64,000 nucleotides of DNA from Candidatus Kapaibacterium sp. (GCA_963664875.1 OY761611.1:1888001-1952000); one strand, 5' to 3'. Shown: positions 39,711 through 55,200, counted from the first letter of the stretch. Program-made: numbers and translations. Notes: generated from the letters alone by a model not told the origin.

Positions 39711-40082
39711 TTAGTTCCTTTTTATAAATTCAATAAAAGTGATAAAACCATTTCCATGTAATTGATTGAGAAAAATAGTTACCCGCTCTCGTGCAGGTGA
39801 TACTTTCTCAGCAAATTTATTGTCAATAAGGGCAATGATATCCCTTACAGAATTATTCCCATCAATAGCAAACCAAGTCGCAGAGCCAATCTCATCAAGA
39901 TTCGCCTTCATATATTTAGATCCACCTTTCGGAATCAAAATCTTTTCAAAAAAGCGATTATTAAATCTCGGCACCAGCACATCTACCAAGCCATCATTGT
40001 TCACCTCGAAACCATGCACATGCTTAGGAGTGAGGTCTAAGTAATTTACTTCCGGAGCGTTATTTTTAGTCTTGCCAAACAT
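39711..40082 (-). CDS. PqqD-like (RRE-fold) protein
   Basis: LDEIGSATWFAIDGNNSVRDI...FLNQL.GNGFI pattern. Ends 2 bp before pepD. Confidence 0.7.
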   Translation of the reverse strand: MFGKTKNNAPEVNYLDLTPKHVHGFEVNNDGLVDVLVPRFNNRFFEKILIPKGGSKYMKANLDEIGSATWFAIDGNNSVRDIIALIDNKFAEKVSPARERVTIFLNQLHGNGFITFIEFIKRN

Positions 40083-40188
40083 AAATACTAATCACATAGT
40101 TATACGTTCAAAAGCGGAATAAGTTGTTAATCGTATAGTATAAGTTAAAAAGAGTCTTTGATTTAACAAAGAAATATCGGCAGTCTGT

Positions 40189-40223
40189 AAAAAAAAAGAG
40201 GAACCCGGTTAAGAGTTCCCCTT
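40189..40223 (-). terminator. Intrinsic terminator after the giant gene
   Basis: Minus strand AAGGGGAACTC...GGGTTCCTCTTTTTTTT. Confidence 0.7.
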
Positions 40224-40248
40224 AAGATATTTATCGAAGATTTAGATA

Positions 40249-43200
40249 TTATCTAACAACAACGAAACGTTTAGAAACAGCTTCATTATCGCCTGAGATA
40301 ACTTTAAGAGTATAAGTACCTGCAGGAATCATAGATCTATCCAAATCAATGCTAACTTTATGAAGTCCCATTCCATATTCTTTGTCAAGAATAGGTTGAG
40401 CTACCAAAGTACCTTCTAAGCTGTAAATCTGAATAGTTACCTTACGAGATTCAACCATATCGAGGTCAAATTTCAAATCAGTAACAACCGGGTTAGGTTG
40501 GATTTCAGAAACAGACATAGAAGCAGCACCATTTATAAGAACACTTCTTTCAGCCTGAACTTGTTTGTAACCATCAGAAGCTACGCTTACAAGTCTGTAA
40601 ACATAAGTAGCACCGATAGCAAGAACAGCATCATCATCAGTAAGTTTGTATTTTTTACCGAATTCAGATTCGTTAAGTCCCGCGAGAGCAGAGTTATCTT
40701 CATAAGAAGTAATCATTTCAAACGGTTCCAAACCGGCTTCAGTCATTTCAGCTCTATGAACTTCAAATCCGACATTGTCAGTTTCTCTGATAGTTTCCCA
40801 ATCAAGGAAAGCCTGAGCATCAGCAGAAGTTACATCAAAGCTACGAAGTTCGACGTTTGCATAAGCTTCTTTATATTTAGAAGTTGTAATAGTAGCTGTT
40901 GGACCATCTGCAGCATAAACAACTGTAGACGCTGTAAATGTTGCATCTGAATTAAAAGTATAAAGTTTGAATGTGTATGTTACTAATTTTTGCAATCCTG
41001 TTACATTAATCTGCTGATCAGAACCAAAGTACACAACTCTCGCATTTGCAGTACCACCACCAATCAATGAACCCGTAATTTCATCACAATTGCTTGTATA
41101 AGTTGGAGCACCTATAGAGAAAGCACCATTTGTGTTAGTATATGCAGTTTGAGGAGCCGGAACTGCACTTGGCATTTCAGATCCCTGAATAGCTAACAAT
41201 AACGAGTTTGCACCATTACTATTCCATTGCAATAGGATAGTGCTGCTTGTTTTACTAACTAAATTAAGAGCAGCCGCAGCCGCAGGTGCAGGAGGAGTAA
41301 TATTAAATGTATTACTAATCGCATTTGCAACAAATGGGCTAGCAGGGGTAGCAGTTAAAGCAACTCCAGAAGCTGCATATTGATAAGTCAATCCGCTAAA
41401 TGTAGCAACACCGCTTAACATGTTTGCACTTCCACCATTAGAAATTGCAGTAGTATTAGTAATTGACATATTTACTGTAAATGCAGCATCTGTATCAATA
41501 TTACCGTTTGCATCTTGAGCTTTAACGGTGACATTGTCTTCAACCGGCTCAGCAACGCCTACAGTTGCATTTGTAGGTTGATCCACAAATGCCAATTGAG
41601 TTACTACAACTTGTATTACATTGTTAGAAGCTGCTGTGCTGGATGTATTTGTAAACGTTGTCAACGGAGTTGAATTCGCATCAACTGTTACATTAGTATT
41701 TGCTAAGGTAAATACTAATCGTTTACCATCTGCACCAGCAGGTAATGGGTTCTTAACAGTTAATCTTAAATACATATCGTATGTAGAGTTATCTGCACAG
41801 CTTACTGACAAGTTGCTGAATGTCAAAGCACCTGCTGTAATAACAGCATCACACAATTTTGTTCCTGCTGCGTTAAATAAAGCTGCAGCATGAATATGAG
41901 TATCAAATGCAGCTTGGTTTGAACCTGCAGCATTGATTGTTAATGCAGTAACATTAGTTGGTTTTGTATCTGTATCTGTTGTAATATCATCACGTACAGT
42001 AAGTTTCAATACGCGTGTGCCATTTGTACTTGTTGTTATGTCTCCATTTGTAAGTGAGCTAATGCCATTTGCTTCGTTGCCCGCAAAGACAATATCCGCT
42101 CTTGCATTTGCAGCAGAACACATGTAAACATCGAACAAGTTTGCTTCTGTTCCACCATTAGCAGCTATACCAACAGTGTTTTGACCACCTGTCACGCTTA
42201 CATCTACGTCATCTACGCAAATACCTGCATCTACGATTGTATATGTCATTGTGTATGTCTGGTTGCCGTTGCTCCATGCACCTGAACCGTTAGTAAACGT
42301 GCCGCCTACTGTAGGATCAAATGTAACAACAGGAGCGTTTTGTGTTACATCCATTGGTTGGCTGTAAGTTACAGCAACTGTAAAGTTATTACCGGCATCT
42401 GCATCTTCAACCATCATGTCATTAACAACAATTGAAGTTACATCAGCAGGAGTGTTAGAAATAATAACAAACTCAAAGTTTGCAGGATCTAATACATCCG
42501 TATTACCCAACGCATCAGAAGAGTTAACTTTTACATTTACTCCACCTTCTACAGGACTTGTAGGTACAGTGTAAGAGTAAGTGTAAGTTCCGTTACCAGA
42601 ACCTGAAGCGTATGTTGCTGTTGTATTTGAGTTATCTGCAAATGTCAATGTTACTACAGGTTGATTAGTAACAGCACAGCCTGCATCTGCCAAATCAAAT
42701 GTAATAGATAGGTTGTCACCTTCTACTGCATTTTGCTTAGATACTTCTAAGTTTGACAGCATTGGAGCTGTATTGTCAATCTTGAATTCAGAACCGTCAT
42801 TTGCATTATCTGTAGGTGCGTAAGTTACAGCAATGTTACCTTTAGAATCTACCAAGTTAAATGTAATATTTACATCGCCTGTAGGATCCTGAGGATGAAC
42901 AGTATATACATAGTTAAATACTGTACCTGTAGAACCATCTGTAGTTAAATTACCTACTAATGGTAAACCACTTGAACTTGTCATAGTAACATTAATATCA
43001 CTATGAGCAAAAGTACCGCATCCTAAGTCCTCAGCATTCACTGAGAAATGTATTTGTGTTGCGTTAATTGTAAGCAGCAATGCACCTACACATTCTGCAT
43101 CATCACTATACGCTGACAATACAGGTGCTGTATTATCAATCATAAATGTAGCTGTTTCTGTAATTGTATTGTTAAAGCCGTCAACTGCTGTTACTGTGAT

Positions 43201-46200
43201 TGTTGCTTCGCCAGTATAAGTAGAACCTTGTGGAATTGTATAAGTATATACACCTTCAGATTCTGTTACTGTTGTAGCATTGCCACCGAAAGGTGTTACT
43301 GTTACAGTCAAGTTACTAACAACCTGGTCACAACCTAAGTTAGTTGCTGTTACATCAAATACTAAATTACCATCTAACTCTTTAGATACACATGTTACTC
43401 CCAGTAAATCAATAGCTATATCGAGTGGATTTAGATCTACTGTCATAGCATGAGTTACAGGAGCCAATAGTGTATTACCTAAATCATCACTTGCTGTGAT
43501 ATTGATAATAGGTGCTACATCACCTAGAATTTCTTCCTCTAAATCATCAGCTGCTACTGTATATGTAAATTCATATACAGTAGTTTGTCCTGTTACTGGA
43601 GTCACTGCAGAGATATTAGCAGGAGTACCATTTGTTACTGTTACTGTAATATCGTCTTCGTTAAATGTACCACAACCAACGTCGCTTGCGTTAACTTGGA
43701 ATGTTACTATATCGCCAGGTTCTACGCATGTTGGAGGTGTATTTACTAAAGTAAGTGTTGGTCCTGTTTGGTCAATGCTGTTAACAACATCGCCATTGAC
43801 AGGAGTCATAGCATTACCCTTAGTATCAACTGCATTTACAGTTACTGTACAAGTACCGGTTCCGTTTGCTTCTACGATTGTATGTGTATGAGATACTACA
43901 CCATCGTTGATTGTAAAGTCACCAACTGAAGAGTAAGTAGCATCTGTGCCGTCACTAAAGTCATAAGTTATAGTTACTTCACCAAGATTTGCACAACCTG
44001 CATCTGCAATTGTGAAATCTGTAGTAATTGTATTACCAGTACCTAAACATTGACCTGAAGTAGCATTATTTGTGATTGTTACATCACCTGCAATTGCCGG
44101 TGCTGTATTATCAATCATAAATGGAGCTGTTTCTGTAATTGTATTGCCGAAGCCGTCTACTGCTGTTACAGTAATTGTTGCTTCACCAGTGTATGTTGGA
44201 CCAACCGGAAGTGTATAAGTATAAGTTCCTTCACTTCCTGTAAGCGTAGTAGCTACAGTTTCACCTGTTGCTTGTACTGTTACAGTTAAGTCCTCAATAT
44301 CTGTATCACAACCTAAGTTAGTTGCTGTTACATCAAATACAAATGTACCATCAGTAATTTGAGATACACATGTTGTTTGTGGTAAATCAATAGCTATATC
44401 GAGTGGATTTACATCTACTGTCATAGCGTGAGTTACAGGAGCTAATAGTGTATTACCTAAATCATCACTTGCTGTGATATTGATAATAGGCGCTACATCC
44501 ACAGGAGTTGCCACTGTACCTGCTACTGTATATGTAAATTCATATACATTAGTTTGACCATCAACTGCAGATACTGTAGAAATATTAGCTGAAGTACCAT
44601 CAGTAACTGTTACTGTAATATCGTCTTCGTTAAATACGCCACAACCAACGTCGCTTGCGTTAACTTGGAATGTTACTACATCGCCAGGTTCTACGCATGT
44701 TGGAGGTGTATTTACTAAAGTAAGTGTTGGTCCTGTTTGGTCAATGTTGTTAACAACATCGCCATTGACAGGAGTCATAGCATTACCCTTAGTATCAACT
44801 GCATTTACAGTTACTGTACAAGTACCGGTTCCGTTTACTTCTACGATTGTATGTGTATGAGATACTACACCATCGTTGATAGTAAAGTCACCAACTGAAG
44901 AGTAAGTAGCATCTGTACCGTCACTAAAGTCATAAGTTATAGTTACTTCACCAAGATCTGCACAATCTGCATCTGCAATTGTGAAATCTGTAGTAATTGT
45001 ATTACCAGTACCTAAACATTGACCTGAAGTAGCATTATTTGTGATTGTTACATCACCTGCAATTGCCGGTGCTGTATTATCAATCATAAATGTTGATGTT
45101 TCAGTTACTGTGTTAGCAAAGCCGTCAACTGCTGTTACAGTAATTGTTGCTTCACCAGTATAAGCAGAACCAGTTGGAATTGTATAAGTATAAGTTCCTT
45201 CACTTCCTGTAAGCGTCGTAGCTGCAGTTTCACCTGTTGCTTGTACTGTTACAGTTAAGTCCTCAATATCTGTATCACAACCTAAGTTAGTTGCTGTTAC
45301 ATCAAATACAAATGTACCATCAGTAATTTGAGATACACATGTTGTTTGTGGTAAATCAATAGCTATATCGAGTGGATTTACATCTACAGTCATAGCATGA
45401 GTTACAGGAGCAAGTAGTGTATTACCTAAATCATCACTTGCTGTGATATTGATAATAGGTGCTACATCCACAGGAGTTTCAACTGTACCTGCTACTGTAT
45501 AAGTAAACTCATAATTATATCCATCACCATTTACTGGAGTTACTGCAGAAATATTAGCAGGAGTACCATTAGTTACTGTTACTGTAATATCGTCTTCATC
45601 AAATGTACCACAACCAACGTCGCTTGCGTTAACTTGGAATGTTACTATATCGCCAGGTTCTACGCATGTTGGAGGGTTAGTAGGGCTTACTAAAGTTAGT
45701 GTAGGTTTAGAATTATCTATAGTAAAGGCAGAAGATTGAACTAAGTAACCTTCCATTCCTTTGCTATCTACAATGTTAAATTCTACAGTATATGAGCCAG
45801 TAACATCTGCTGCATCTACAGTATAAGTAAACTGCAATTTGCCATTTACTTCATTCGGTTCGCCTATGTTACCATTGATTAAGTTATTACCATTGTAGAT
45901 ATCAACTTCAAATCCATTGTTTTCTCCATCCCACAAAGCTATATCTTGAGTTGCACAGCCAAGATTTTCATAATCTACGGCAAACGTAACTGTTTGATCT
46001 GCTTTATAGCATGTTGGAGTACTTATCAATGTAAAGTTATCAACTACAGGAACTGAGTTATCAATACTGAATGTAGCAAGGCTAGCATTTGTATTAGCGT
46101 TACCCAAACCATCTGCTGCAGTTACAGAGACAGTTGCTGTTCCTGTGCCGTCGTTAGCTGTTGCTAAGTAAGTAGCAGTATAGTTAGGATAAGTACCTGT

Positions 46201-49200
46201 TACTGTAGCAGCCACTGTATTAGGTGCTTCTTTAGGCAAAGTAATAGTTACAACCGGAGTTGCACCTGCACCACCGCAAGAACCATCTTCTACTGAGAAC
46301 TCAATACTTACAGTTTGACCTGCTTTATAACAGTCATCTTCATCAGGAGTCATATCAGTAAATGCAATTACAGGGCCTGCATTATCAAGTGTAAATGTAG
46401 GAGTTACATCAATAACTGTATCATCCTGACCATTAACTGTACCAGTCACATCTTCTTCAGCCATTTCTGCTGTGTTACCTGCAGGATCAGCTATTATCAA
46501 TGCGATTGAATATGCCCCTTGATCGTGTGCTGTTTGAGGACTTGCAGGGAATGCAAATGTTACAGAAGCATCTCCGGTTTGATCATTATAAGTTACATCT
46601 GTTCCTGTAATCGTTGTACTACCATTTACTGCCTCTGCGCTGATATTACCTGCTGCTAAAGCAGAGCAGATATCATTATCAGTTACATTAAATGTCATTG
46701 TTACTGACTGACCGTCTTTAATGCAATTATCGTCAAGTGCGATAGTAGAAACAACCGGACCATCAGTATCTACATTAAATGTAGTAGAAGCAGCATCAGA
46801 TTCATTATCAGAATCATCAATGTAATCTACTTTCAAAGTATATGTACCTGAAGCGTAAGCTGAAACATCTAATGTACCGGTATAAGTATTAACTGTTTCA
46901 TTAGAAGAACTTGATGCAACAGAGATGTTTCCACCTACCTGAACTGCTGGAATAGCTGTAGTCCAAATAGAAACAGTCGCATTGTTAACACCATTTTCGT
47001 CGCAATCAGTATCATCAATTGTAAAGCTATAAGCTATTTCTGTATTTGAGCAAGCTGTTACTGTACCTAAAGCAATAGCCGGAGCATCATTATCAACAGT
47101 AATAGAATAAGTCAAGTCTTCTGACTCATTCATAGCACCATCGTAGATACTCAATACTACTGATTTTGAACCTTCTTCATCATTTGCCACTGTCAATGGA
47201 ATAAAGTACATGCCTGCATAATCGCCTGCGCCTTCTATTACTCCATCATCAGTTACGATAGAATTAGCAAAAGTAGTGCTTGTCATAAAGAATTGACCAG
47301 AAACAGGAGTAGTTTCTACTACATCAGAAGCTACGATATCACAACCGGCATCTGAAGGTGCAACACCCAAGTAGTATGAACCACCTTGAATACAGTTGTC
47401 TGTTACTTCAGAGTAAACGCCACCTGCTTCAGTATATAATGCAATCTGATCAAGATTTTCATTTACTGCTGCAAAAGCTGGAGCTGTCTTATCTACAGTA
47501 AATGTAGCAATTTCTTCATCAGAATTGCCTGCATCGTCTGTATAAACTACTATCAAGTCATACTGACCATTTGCCAAACCGGAAATATCAATATTACCTG
47601 AGAAAGTACCTTCAGAAATTGTCATTGTACCATCAGCGTCGCCTGCAGCAGGATTACCTGTTAGTTCTATCCAATATTCTGCAGCATTAATACCATCGCC
47701 ACATGTAGAGTTATCTGCTACTGTGAATGAGTATGGCAATAAGCTATTTACACAGTTATCAGAAACCGTGATAGCAGATACTACAGGAAGTGCTGTAGAA
47801 ACATGGAAATTAACTGCCAACTGAGTAGAAGCATTATTTGCATCATCTGTATAGTTAACTGTTACTTGTTTGTCGCCTTGAGCTACATCGCTTAATAACA
47901 ATGTTGCTTCAACTGTCCAAGTTCCGTCTTCGTTATCTGTTACATTAGTTTGTACATTGTTTGCTGTGCTTGGATCAGTAAACGATAAATTATTCAAACC
48001 ATCATAGCAATCTGTTCCAGTTACTTCTTCAGTTACTAAGAATGAAAATGCTAATGTACCGGTCTGATTCAAACAAGCGTCTGTAATAGACGATAGTGAA
48101 AGAGCAGCAGGTGTATTATCAACTGTAAAGCTAATGCTACCTGCAGATACTGCACCATTACCGTCGTTAACTGTAGCTGCGATAGTATAAAGACCATCGT
48201 AGTTTACTACTGGCTCTGTTGTGTTTTCAGGAATATCAATTGTATATTCCCAAGTGTATTTAGTATCTACAGGGCCGGTTGGTTGATTTGCACTAAGCTG
48301 TGCATTCAAACCACCTAAACCTGTAAACTCGATTGTTATATCATCTTGATCTAAACAACCGGCAGCATCAATATCAGCTGATACTGTAAGCGTGATTGTT
48401 TGAGTATGATTATAACATCCACCGTCTTGACCGCTTGCAATAGCTACGCTAGTTGGTTTCAACTGATCTAAGCTAAAGTCAACATCTTCAAAATCAAATT
48501 CTGTTGATGTTGTACCTAAACCGTCTGTTGCTGTTGCATAAACATCAACATCGCCGCTACCGTCAACAGTTTGGATAGTATAAGTAAACGGATAAACATT
48601 ACCTGAAGGCGTGCCTACTGTTGCAGTTTCAACACCACCAGGTAAATCAAGATATACAGTTACTGCATTTACTGGTGAGCAACCTGTTTGATTTACTGTC
48701 ACCGTACCAGAGATAACTGCACCTGTAGTCAAACATGCATCAGCAATACCATCAGCAAAGTCCATTGCAGTGATACTTGGAGCATCATTATCTACTGTAA
48801 ATGTAGCTTCAGAGTATATAATACCATCGATAAATCCGGTTGCAGGATCTTCTGTGCCGTCAAAATCAGCAGCATTACCATTATCATCATCAATAGTAAG
48901 TTCTACTTGGTAAGGGCCGTTTATAGCTGCCTGTGGTACAGTAAATTCTACTGTTACATCATAACCTGTTTGTGGTGTTTCACCATCAACGTCAGTTACT
49001 ACACCTGCAATGCTAAATGGTCCGTTCCAGCTTGTTCTTGCATCTGCATCGATGTTGCCTGCATTAAATGTACCGCAACCTGCTTCTTCTACGTGGAATG
49101 TAGCTGTTACAACAGTTGTTGGAGTTGGCTCTTCCTCATCACCATCATCAGTGTATTTCACGCAAGATTTATCAAGTTGAATATTTGATACTACAGGACC

Positions 49201-52200
49201 TGCATTATCAACGTAGAATTTATCTTCTGCTGTAATTGTAGCGCCTACTGCTGTACCTGTTGCAGCTGGTTCTGCACCATCCATTGTTGCGTAATTGTCT
49301 TTATCATCATCAATTACTAAGCTAACTGTATATAAACCGTCAGTTGTATTGCTTAGTATCGTAAATGTTGCTGTTACATCATAACCATCATTTACATTGC
49401 CTGTAAGTGATGTAATACTACCATTCAATGTAGTTGTTCCATTTGTAGCAGTAGCGCTCACGTTAGCTGCATCAAATGCACCGCAACCGTCTTCTTCTAC
49501 GTGGAATGTTACATCTACTTCTGTTGTTGGATTTTGTCCGCCGTCTTCAGTATAAGCAACACATTGGTCTGCTTCTGCGATATCAATATCCGATACTACA
49601 GGACCAACATTATCTACGTCTATAGAATAAGTTAATTCTTCTGATTCATTCAACAAACCATCGAACAAGCTCAACGTGATTTCTTCTGTTCCATCATCTG
49701 TTGAAGCAATTGCTAATGGGATGTAATACATTCCGCCTACCTCTATAGGTGTGTCTACTGTATTAGCAAATGTTGAAGCTGAAACATAGAACTGGCCTGC
49801 CACTGCTTGGTTTGGAGTATATACTACTGATGTACCTACGATACCATCGCAACCTGCGTCGCTTGGCTCTACGCCTAAGTAGTAATTACCATCAGTTACG
49901 CAAGCGTCTGTTACTAATGTGTAATCTTGACCATCATAAGTATATAATGCAATCTTAGCAGGAGCATTTACTTCTGCAAAAACAGGACCGGAGTTATCAA
50001 CTCTAAACGTTGGTACTGCTGTAATAGTAGCACCTGCTGCGTTTCCTGTTGCAGGATCTTCAACTGCCATTGTTGCAACGTTATCTTGGTCATCATCTAC
50101 TGTCAACGTAATTGTATATTCACCTTCAACGTCTGGAATAGTGAATGTACCTGTTACAGTATAGCCATCATTTGCATTACCTGCGACAACTATTGTAGCA
50201 GGATTGTCAGTTGAAGCAAGTGTTAATGTTGTGCCGCCATTTACTGCTGCAATTGTAATATTGCTTGCATCAAATGTACCACAACCTGCTTCCTCTACGT
50301 CAAATGTTACATCTAAAGTAGTTGTTGGAGTACCTTCCACTTCAGTGTATTTCACGCAAGTTTCGCTTACTGCAATATTTGATACTACAGGGCCTTCGTA
50401 GTCAACACTAAATGCGTCTGCATCTACTACCTGGTCTTCTACTGAGTTGCCTGCGTTATCTGTTACGTTCAATCTTACGCCAATCGCTTCGCCTTGTGGC
50501 TCGTCGCCTTGGATTACGTAAGTAAAGTCGAAATGATTATTTTGATCATCATAAGTATAAGTAGAAGCTATAGCAACGTCTGTTGCGCTTGTCAACGTGC
50601 GGAATGTTCCGCCTTCTGCTGTGTAAAGTTCTACTTCGATGTTTGTTTCATCAATATCAGAACAAACTGCATTATCATCTACTACTATATCAGTAAATAC
50701 TGCATCTGCTCCATTGCCTAAGCAACCTAATGCAAATGCTGCATTTGGAGTTACTGTAGGAGCATCTGTATCTAATACCAAATTCAATGCTTCATCTGCA
50801 TCAGCAACTACTGCATTTAAACCATGGTTCAAATAACCTGTAACTGATAGTAAAGCACCATTTGGATCTTCTGAATCTACTGTATAAGTAAATTCGTAAG
50901 TACCGTCAGGATACAAACCACCTACAGGAGCAGGGTTGCCAGCTGCAGGAGTCATCCATACTGTACTGTTGTCAGAGAATTCTAACTCTGCTTCTACGTT
51001 TTCTACACCACCACAAGAATTTTCATCTACATTTACATTTAATGTAGCAGTGATTACTTTACCTGTACCTAAGCAAGTACCAACTGCATTTGTTGTAGTT
51101 GTTGTAGCTATAGTGTGATTTAATGGATCTATTGTAAACTCAAAGCCTGCAGGATCATAAAGATTACTTAAGTTACCTTTTGAATCTGTAGCTAATACTC
51201 TTACATGTTTTCCACCTTCATCACCCTGAGGTATTGTAAATGTATATTCAAATACATAGTCATCACCTACATTTGAAACAATTTGTGAGAATGTAAGATT
51301 TGCGTTAAATACCGGCAAGAATACAAATATCTTACCAGGATCTGCTGTTTGAAGCTCTGTCAAAGCACCTGTCAAAGTACCACAACCTAAATCAGTAACG
51401 CCAATTTGTAATTTGTAGTTACCTGTGGTAATACAATCTACTACGTTGTCGCCTTGATCTAAAACAGTAATTGATGTTACTGTTGGTTTTGTATTATCAA
51501 TTTGGAAGTACTGAGCATCTACGTCTGATGATGTGTTTTGTGCATCATCTTTTATTGTTGCAGTTATGCTTGCATAGCCTGTCGCATGGTTGCTTGCTAC
51601 TGTTGCCCGGTAGTTAAATGTACCGGCAGGAGCTTCATTTAGAAATGCTACTGGAATAGCTACAGGTGTTGCTGATGCATCTTCCAAAGTAATTGTAATA
51701 TCGTCTTGGTTTAAAGTACCGCATGTTGAAGCGTCTGTTACAACTACACTAAAGTCAACAGTACCTGCAGTTTCGCATGTACCTTTTGCTGATAATGTAA
51801 TAGTTGGAACTGCATTGTCGATACTAAAGCCATCGTTGAGAACAACTGCAACAGGATGGTTACCTGCATCATCCATCACATCAACTGATATAGTTGCTGC
51901 ACCGTTTGTTTCTTCACCAACAAATGTATAAGAATAAGTAAATACATAAGGATCAGCTACTGTACCTGTGCCTGTTCTGCCAACGTAAGTTGCAGAATAA
52001 TTGTGTGCACCTGCATCAATGATTGTTACTTCAATATTTGTTGGACTTACAAATGTGCCACAACCTTCTTCTACTACTGAGAATGAGAACTCAATATCTC
52101 TTGAATCGCCGAAGCAAGTGCCAAGAATTTGATCATCTGTGATAGACAATGAAGCCGCATTTACTGCAGGCTCTACTTTATCTATTGAGAACAATTCTGT

Positions 52201-55200
52201 TGCTGCTACCGCTATAGAAACATTGCCTGCTTCATCTTCATAAGTAATTGAAGGAAGAGTAGCCAGACCATTTGCATCGTCAGCATGAGCTGTGTAAGTA
52301 ATGATAATATTGCCCTCTGTCAATGCTGCTGCTACTGCAACCGCACCATTTAATGCACCTTTATCTACTGTAACTCTTGCAGCATCAAATGTATTACAGT
52401 TTGCATTATTATCTGTTAGTGACACTTGGATATCTACTTCTGTACCTGGTTTGATACAAGTAGGCTCTTCTGCTACTAACACAGGAGTGCCAAGTGTAGG
52501 TTTTGTATTATCTACTGTAAACGCATTTGGTATTGTCAATGAATGACCATCAGCTGCTACGCCTGGATTACCTGCGTTATCTGCAAATGCTACAGTAATA
52601 TCATAATCACCATCTGCTACATCTGCGCCAGGCAATGCATCAGGAAGAGTTAAATCTGCAGATACTGTATAAGGGCTGTTAGCGCCTGTTACATCAATAT
52701 CAGCAGCATCTACTGTTACGCCTGCTGCAGAGATTGTAAAGTTTGCTGCTGTCAAAGCAGAGCACTCTTCAGCATCTGTAACTGTAAATGTAATATTTAT
52801 CACATCACCATCTTTTACGCATGTTGCATTATCTGACAACAAGCTAAGTTCAGGTGCTGAATTATCTACAGTGAAACCAACATTTGAAGCACCCGATGCA
52901 TTACCTGCATCGTCAGTTACTTCCACTGTAAATGTATAGTCACCATCTGCTACTTCAAATAAATTAACTGTGTATGTTACAGTACTTCCATCTATTGAAG
53001 GAGTAGAAAGTACGCCACCTGTTACAGTAGCAGTTGTAATATTTGATGCATCTAATGCACATGATGCTGCATCTGTCATATCAAATGTAATTGTAACATC
53101 TTCTGTACCTGTAGCATCCACTGCACAAGTTGGAGTAGCTTCCAAGTTTGCTATTGAAGGCAAAGACCTATCAATATTAAACGTACCAGTTACTTCGTCT
53201 GAAGCGTTATCAAAATCATCTGTATAGTTTACAGCTATTTGATATGGATTACCTGCTTCATTCAAATCAGCTACGTTTAGAGTATATGTCCATGTGTACG
53301 AACCGTCATTATCCGCAGGCGCACCACCTACTAATACAGGATCATTTCCACTTGGGTCAGTAATTACTGGGGTATTATACTCATTTACTTCTAAAGGATT
53401 ACAATTTACATCGCTTATTGTAAATTCGAACTCTAAAGAGCCATCTACACATGCATCAGTAAACGTAATTGCTGAAATAGTTTGAGGAGTATTATCCACT
53501 GTAAATGTTGCTGTCTCAGGAGCTACCATTGAGTTCCCTGCAGCGTCATTTGTATTGAATGAGAATGTATATGTACCTTCTGCATACGCTGTTTCTTGAG
53601 ATAAGTCAACAGTATATTGCAATGAATACGTACCATTCAAATTATCTGTTGGGCCTACAGCAAGTACCGGATCTGCAGTACCTTTGCCTGCGCCTGTTAC
53701 AGTAGCAGTGTATCCGGAAAGTCCACAATCACCTGCTTCTGTTACTAAAACATTCGCTGTAAGCGTTTGAGTATTATTCAAACAAGCATCAACAATTGTA
53801 ACAGCTGCTGTTGGAGCTGTGTTATCTATTGTGAATAGACTTGGAGAATTAAAACCTGTTTGATTACCAGCGTCATCTATTGCTAATGCATATACATTGC
53901 CTGATTCAGTACCGTCTATTACACGGGAATATGTATATGTATTTCCACTAGATAATGCGACAGACAACATAATATCTGTACCAACATCATAAACAGTGTT
54001 AGCAGGTTCACTCTCTTCTAACCATACTTGCAAATTGCTTGCATCGAACGTGCCACAAACAGGAGCAGGGTCTAATGCAGTAACATTAAAAGATAAAGTA
54101 CCACCGGTTTTGAAGCATGATTGAGATAAAGTATTCACAATTACGCTTGGAGCAGTTTTATCTATATAAATTGTTGCTGTATTACCGGTAGAAGCATTAC
54201 CTTTACTGTCTGTTACAGTATAAGTAAGAACATTATCACCAGCATTATCAGCCGCATCAATAGTTGTTTCATAAACAAATGTATATGATGGGTTTAAGTT
54301 TGCCGGAGCTGCATCAGTATATGCAAGGTTATCAGTAAAGTTATTTGCAGTTACTGTCAAACCACCATTTGCATTATCTATAGCACCGTCCATAGTACCG
54401 CAACCTGTTTCAGTCAAAGTTACATGTAAGTAAACTGTTTGACCTACAGAAGCACAAGTGATAGTATTTGCACTACCATCTGTTGCTGCATCATCTTTCC
54501 AAACTGCTGTTGCAGTTGGTGCTGTATTATCGATTGAGAAAGTCAAATCAGCTGAAGTAACTGAATTGCCTGCTCTATCAACACCTGTTACAGTATATGT
54601 ATAATCGCCAGTATATGATTCAGCAGTCAAACCTGTTAAATCAGCACTCATTGTCTGAGTCACTGTTGCAGCACTAGCGATATCAGCTAATACAAAGTTG
54701 ATCTCCTGTGGAACATCTGGACCAGCAGTCTTATTAACAGTGAAAACATCTTCTTGAACGTTACCATAGCTACCAGCTTCAACTACTGATGTAGCATCAA
54801 AGTCCATAGTAACATTAATTGTATTACCACCCACATAACAATCATCTGCCGGTGCACCTACAAGAGCAGGCTGAGAAGTAAATGTAGGATCTAATATATC
54901 TACATTAATGATTGAGTTTGCTACATCAGTTTCTGCTGAAGCGTTATTATGCTTATCAGTTGCAGTAACTGAAAAGTTAATATCACCACCAGTAGCACCT
55001 TCTAAATCAAACTCATAAGTAATATCCCACACACCTGGTGAAAACTCATTTACATTTGTAATATAAGTTCTTGCATCTGTCGCAGCATCAATTGCTCCAA
55101 CAAATCCTGCAATTGCACCAGTACCAACTTTTTTAGTAAACTCAAGTTTAGCTGCACCAGTAGCAGGTGTAGCATTATTACCTAAATCAGTACCAAAGTC

